Of a stretch of DNA of 64,000 nucleotides, positions 61,735 through 64,000 are shown in pieces. Numbering within the stretch: position 1 is the stretch's first letter; the number at the start of each line of letters is the position of its first letter. The notes below the pieces were generated by a model. It saw only the letters and a program-made list of their open reading frames with translations. It ran no database searches and was not told where the DNA came from. A program made the translations under genes and the position numbers. Source of the stretch: Cenococcum geophilum (Eukaryota); assembly GCA_050273025.1 (NCBI GenBank), contig CP158636.1:9114001-9178000 (forward strand), given 5' to 3'.

Positions 61735-64000
61735 TGTCGGGAATAAGGCAAGCGGTCGTCACGTAACGCCGCGGCACTAGCGTGGCGAGGAGTCTTAGGC
61801 TCCTCGCCCTTCCCTCATTCCAATCAATAAGCTTTATTAACCAACATCACTATAACCCTACTCGAGTAGTCGTTATTGGTGAGTCACCCTATGTGACTAA
61901 CACTAATCAGTGGTTAAATATACAGTCAACTATAGAGCAGCTAGGTTTTCGAATAGAAGAGACAGTCTTATATAGGGGTGCTATATGCGCTTATATAGAA
62001 TGGATTCCGGCGATACTATACTACCTTAAACTTACGGAAAACTAGTAATAGAAGTATTACTAAGTACTAGGAGATACTAAGTTACGTTTATTACGCAGAA
62101 CAACCACGTTTACGAAGATTTGGTTAAGTACTTTAGGTCAGAAGTGTCACTAAACCTATGGTCCTAAGTTAACGTCCGAAACGCGTTAAACGACGTCTAA
62201 AACGCGTTAAATAACATCTCGAATTGCCTACCTCTTAACAGTAAACCTACGAGATCCTACAAAACCGAAAACCCTACTTACCTTCGACGTATAACACCCC
62301 GTCGATTCTACACCTACTATAGCGTTAACCTATCTAAAGAAGTACGAGAAGGACATTAACCCGGAAATATGGAATACTAATATAATCGACTTTATAAATA
62401 CTAAGCAACAGGACCTAAACGGATTCTTATTATACCATATAGCATACTATAAAGACAGCGAATATAACGACACTATGCTATAGTACTATATAAGGGAGGA
62501 CTTTATTAAATAAATAAAGGAAATATAGACTCCTGTAAAGAAGGATATTATATAAAACTTTTATAACTTCTTACGGAAGTATAAAGTATTTATACCTATA
62601 GATAGGGGTACTATTAGAGACAATATTTAGGAGCAGGTTATTAACGTAAAAAAAGAGCACGAATGGACTCTAGAAGAGATTAAGCACCAACTATACACTA
62701 TAAGGAAGCTTAACTTACAATAAAATCCAAGTAATACACCTCTAGAGACGAATCTACCTCCGCCCTTAACTCCTCTATATCTAATTTAACCTATAGCTTT
62801 AACGTCGGACACTATACCCTAATAAAAGCAGGCATAGGATCCTATTACTCCGCGATTTAATAACCTTTAGACTCCACCGATTAGACCTACGTCCCTACTA
62901 CAGCCTATAATATAACTCCTACCTCCTCTATCTTAATCTTAAATTAGAGGCGGTTTAAAATTACTTATAGAGCTCGCGAAGCTCTATTTGGATTAAGAGA
63001 AGAAGTTTAGCGGGGAACTATATAATGTCCTTAATTCGAAACTACATATCTTCTATAACTATTGCTAGAAAGTAGGGATAGAGTCTAATTAATACTATAA
63101 CGCCTATTCCGTTATGCTTAAGGACCAAGCTAGTACCTTCTATTATAACCGTTTGGCAGGAAAAGGATACAATTTTGACCGCATAATATATAAGTTAAGA
63201 TACCACTTTAAAACAGAAGAGAATAAGTAGCAGTATATATTAGAATGGAAAGAGACTACCTTTTTAAGGATTATTGCTATAAACCTAGGTGTCCCTCGGC
63301 TTAATTATCTTTAAAAGCTCTTCAATTAACTTTAGACGATTTAGCATAGTTTATCCAAATCATATTAAGAGGATTTCAGCCTATATAATTAAGTCATTAG
63401 CGTATACTAAGGCGTTAAAGAATACAACCTTGCACTTTTTAATCCTATAAATACTTACAAAGGAGTATATACTTAATTAAGATCTTCTATTAGCACCGCT
63501 CTACACTCTTAAGAAATATAGTAATTTAACACCTAACTCTAATCTACTTTAATTAACCCGCCTAACTAATACGATTATAACTAGACTAATTAAATATATA
63601 GTAGCCGGGGTAGATAATACGGCAGAGGGTATAATTAACGACTATAAGGTAAAAGTGGAGGCCATTATAGAGGTTCATTTCAAAGCAATTACTAGAAAAA
63701 GTGCTACGTTTATAAGAAACTAAATTGCTAGTTAACTAGGCATTCTCTTAATAAGCAAAAGGAGGTATATAATAAGTTTCGCTAAAGTATAAGAAATGTT
63801 AAAAATTATAAGGTTACTGCGGCCTACTTTTAAAGCTTTTTAGTTTAATATAAAGGCGTAAAAGATCTTAAGGGTAAGGTTAATAAGGCCAAATAGCTCC
63901 TTATAGATATAGAAATTAAGGACTACTTACCTAACCAATACTTTACTAAGTATAGTAAGGTAGATGGTATATAAACCGTCACTATTCTTAATAACTAATC
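61735..64000 (+). mobile_element. Ty1/Copia-like element K, 5' part (candidate LTR 61735-61846, gag; runs off right edge)
   Basis: TGTCGG...CCAACA segment. De-RIP gag KKFSGELYDVLDSKLHIFYDYC (~63000), HFETEENKQQYMSEWRET (~63205), knuckle KKCYVCKKPNCWSTRH (~63695-63745). Superfamily assigned from my recognition of the gag type only. Confidence 0.65.

Noticed and set aside
1..64000. Assigning a species or named transposon families
   Set aside because: The RIP landscape fits many Pezizomycotina, and naming needs a database comparison I cannot run.

Overview
The window is an AT-rich, gene-free block of nested transposon relics from a filamentous ascomycete. Nearly every coding frame is broken by TAA/TAG stops that arise from CpA>TpA and TpG>TpA transitions, the signature of repeat-induced point mutation (RIP). 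I delimit at least eight Ty3/Gypsy copies or fragments and three Ty1/Copia-type elements, several with paired LTRs and target-site duplications (TSDs). There are also three non-autonomous non-LTR inserts, a solo LTR, and two copies of a TIR-bounded element filled with minisatellites. No intact host gene, rRNA, tRNA or CRISPR array is supported. The main points of interest are retroelement cargo that the ORF track misses because of RIP. (1) A 941-codon frame in a 12.3 kb Gypsy element has an HxD...H...R 2-oxoglutarate/Fe(II) dioxygenase signature and sits between two copies of the polypurine tract. (2) Two different Gypsy families carry antisense Zn2Cys6-like genes in their 3' regions, one with three clear introns. 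(3) A 1 kb SINE-like insert begins exactly at G1 of an HDV-like ribozyme fold. (4) A polyadenylated 'half-LINE' carries ORF1 only. All protein reconstructions are manual de-RIP readings, not database hits.
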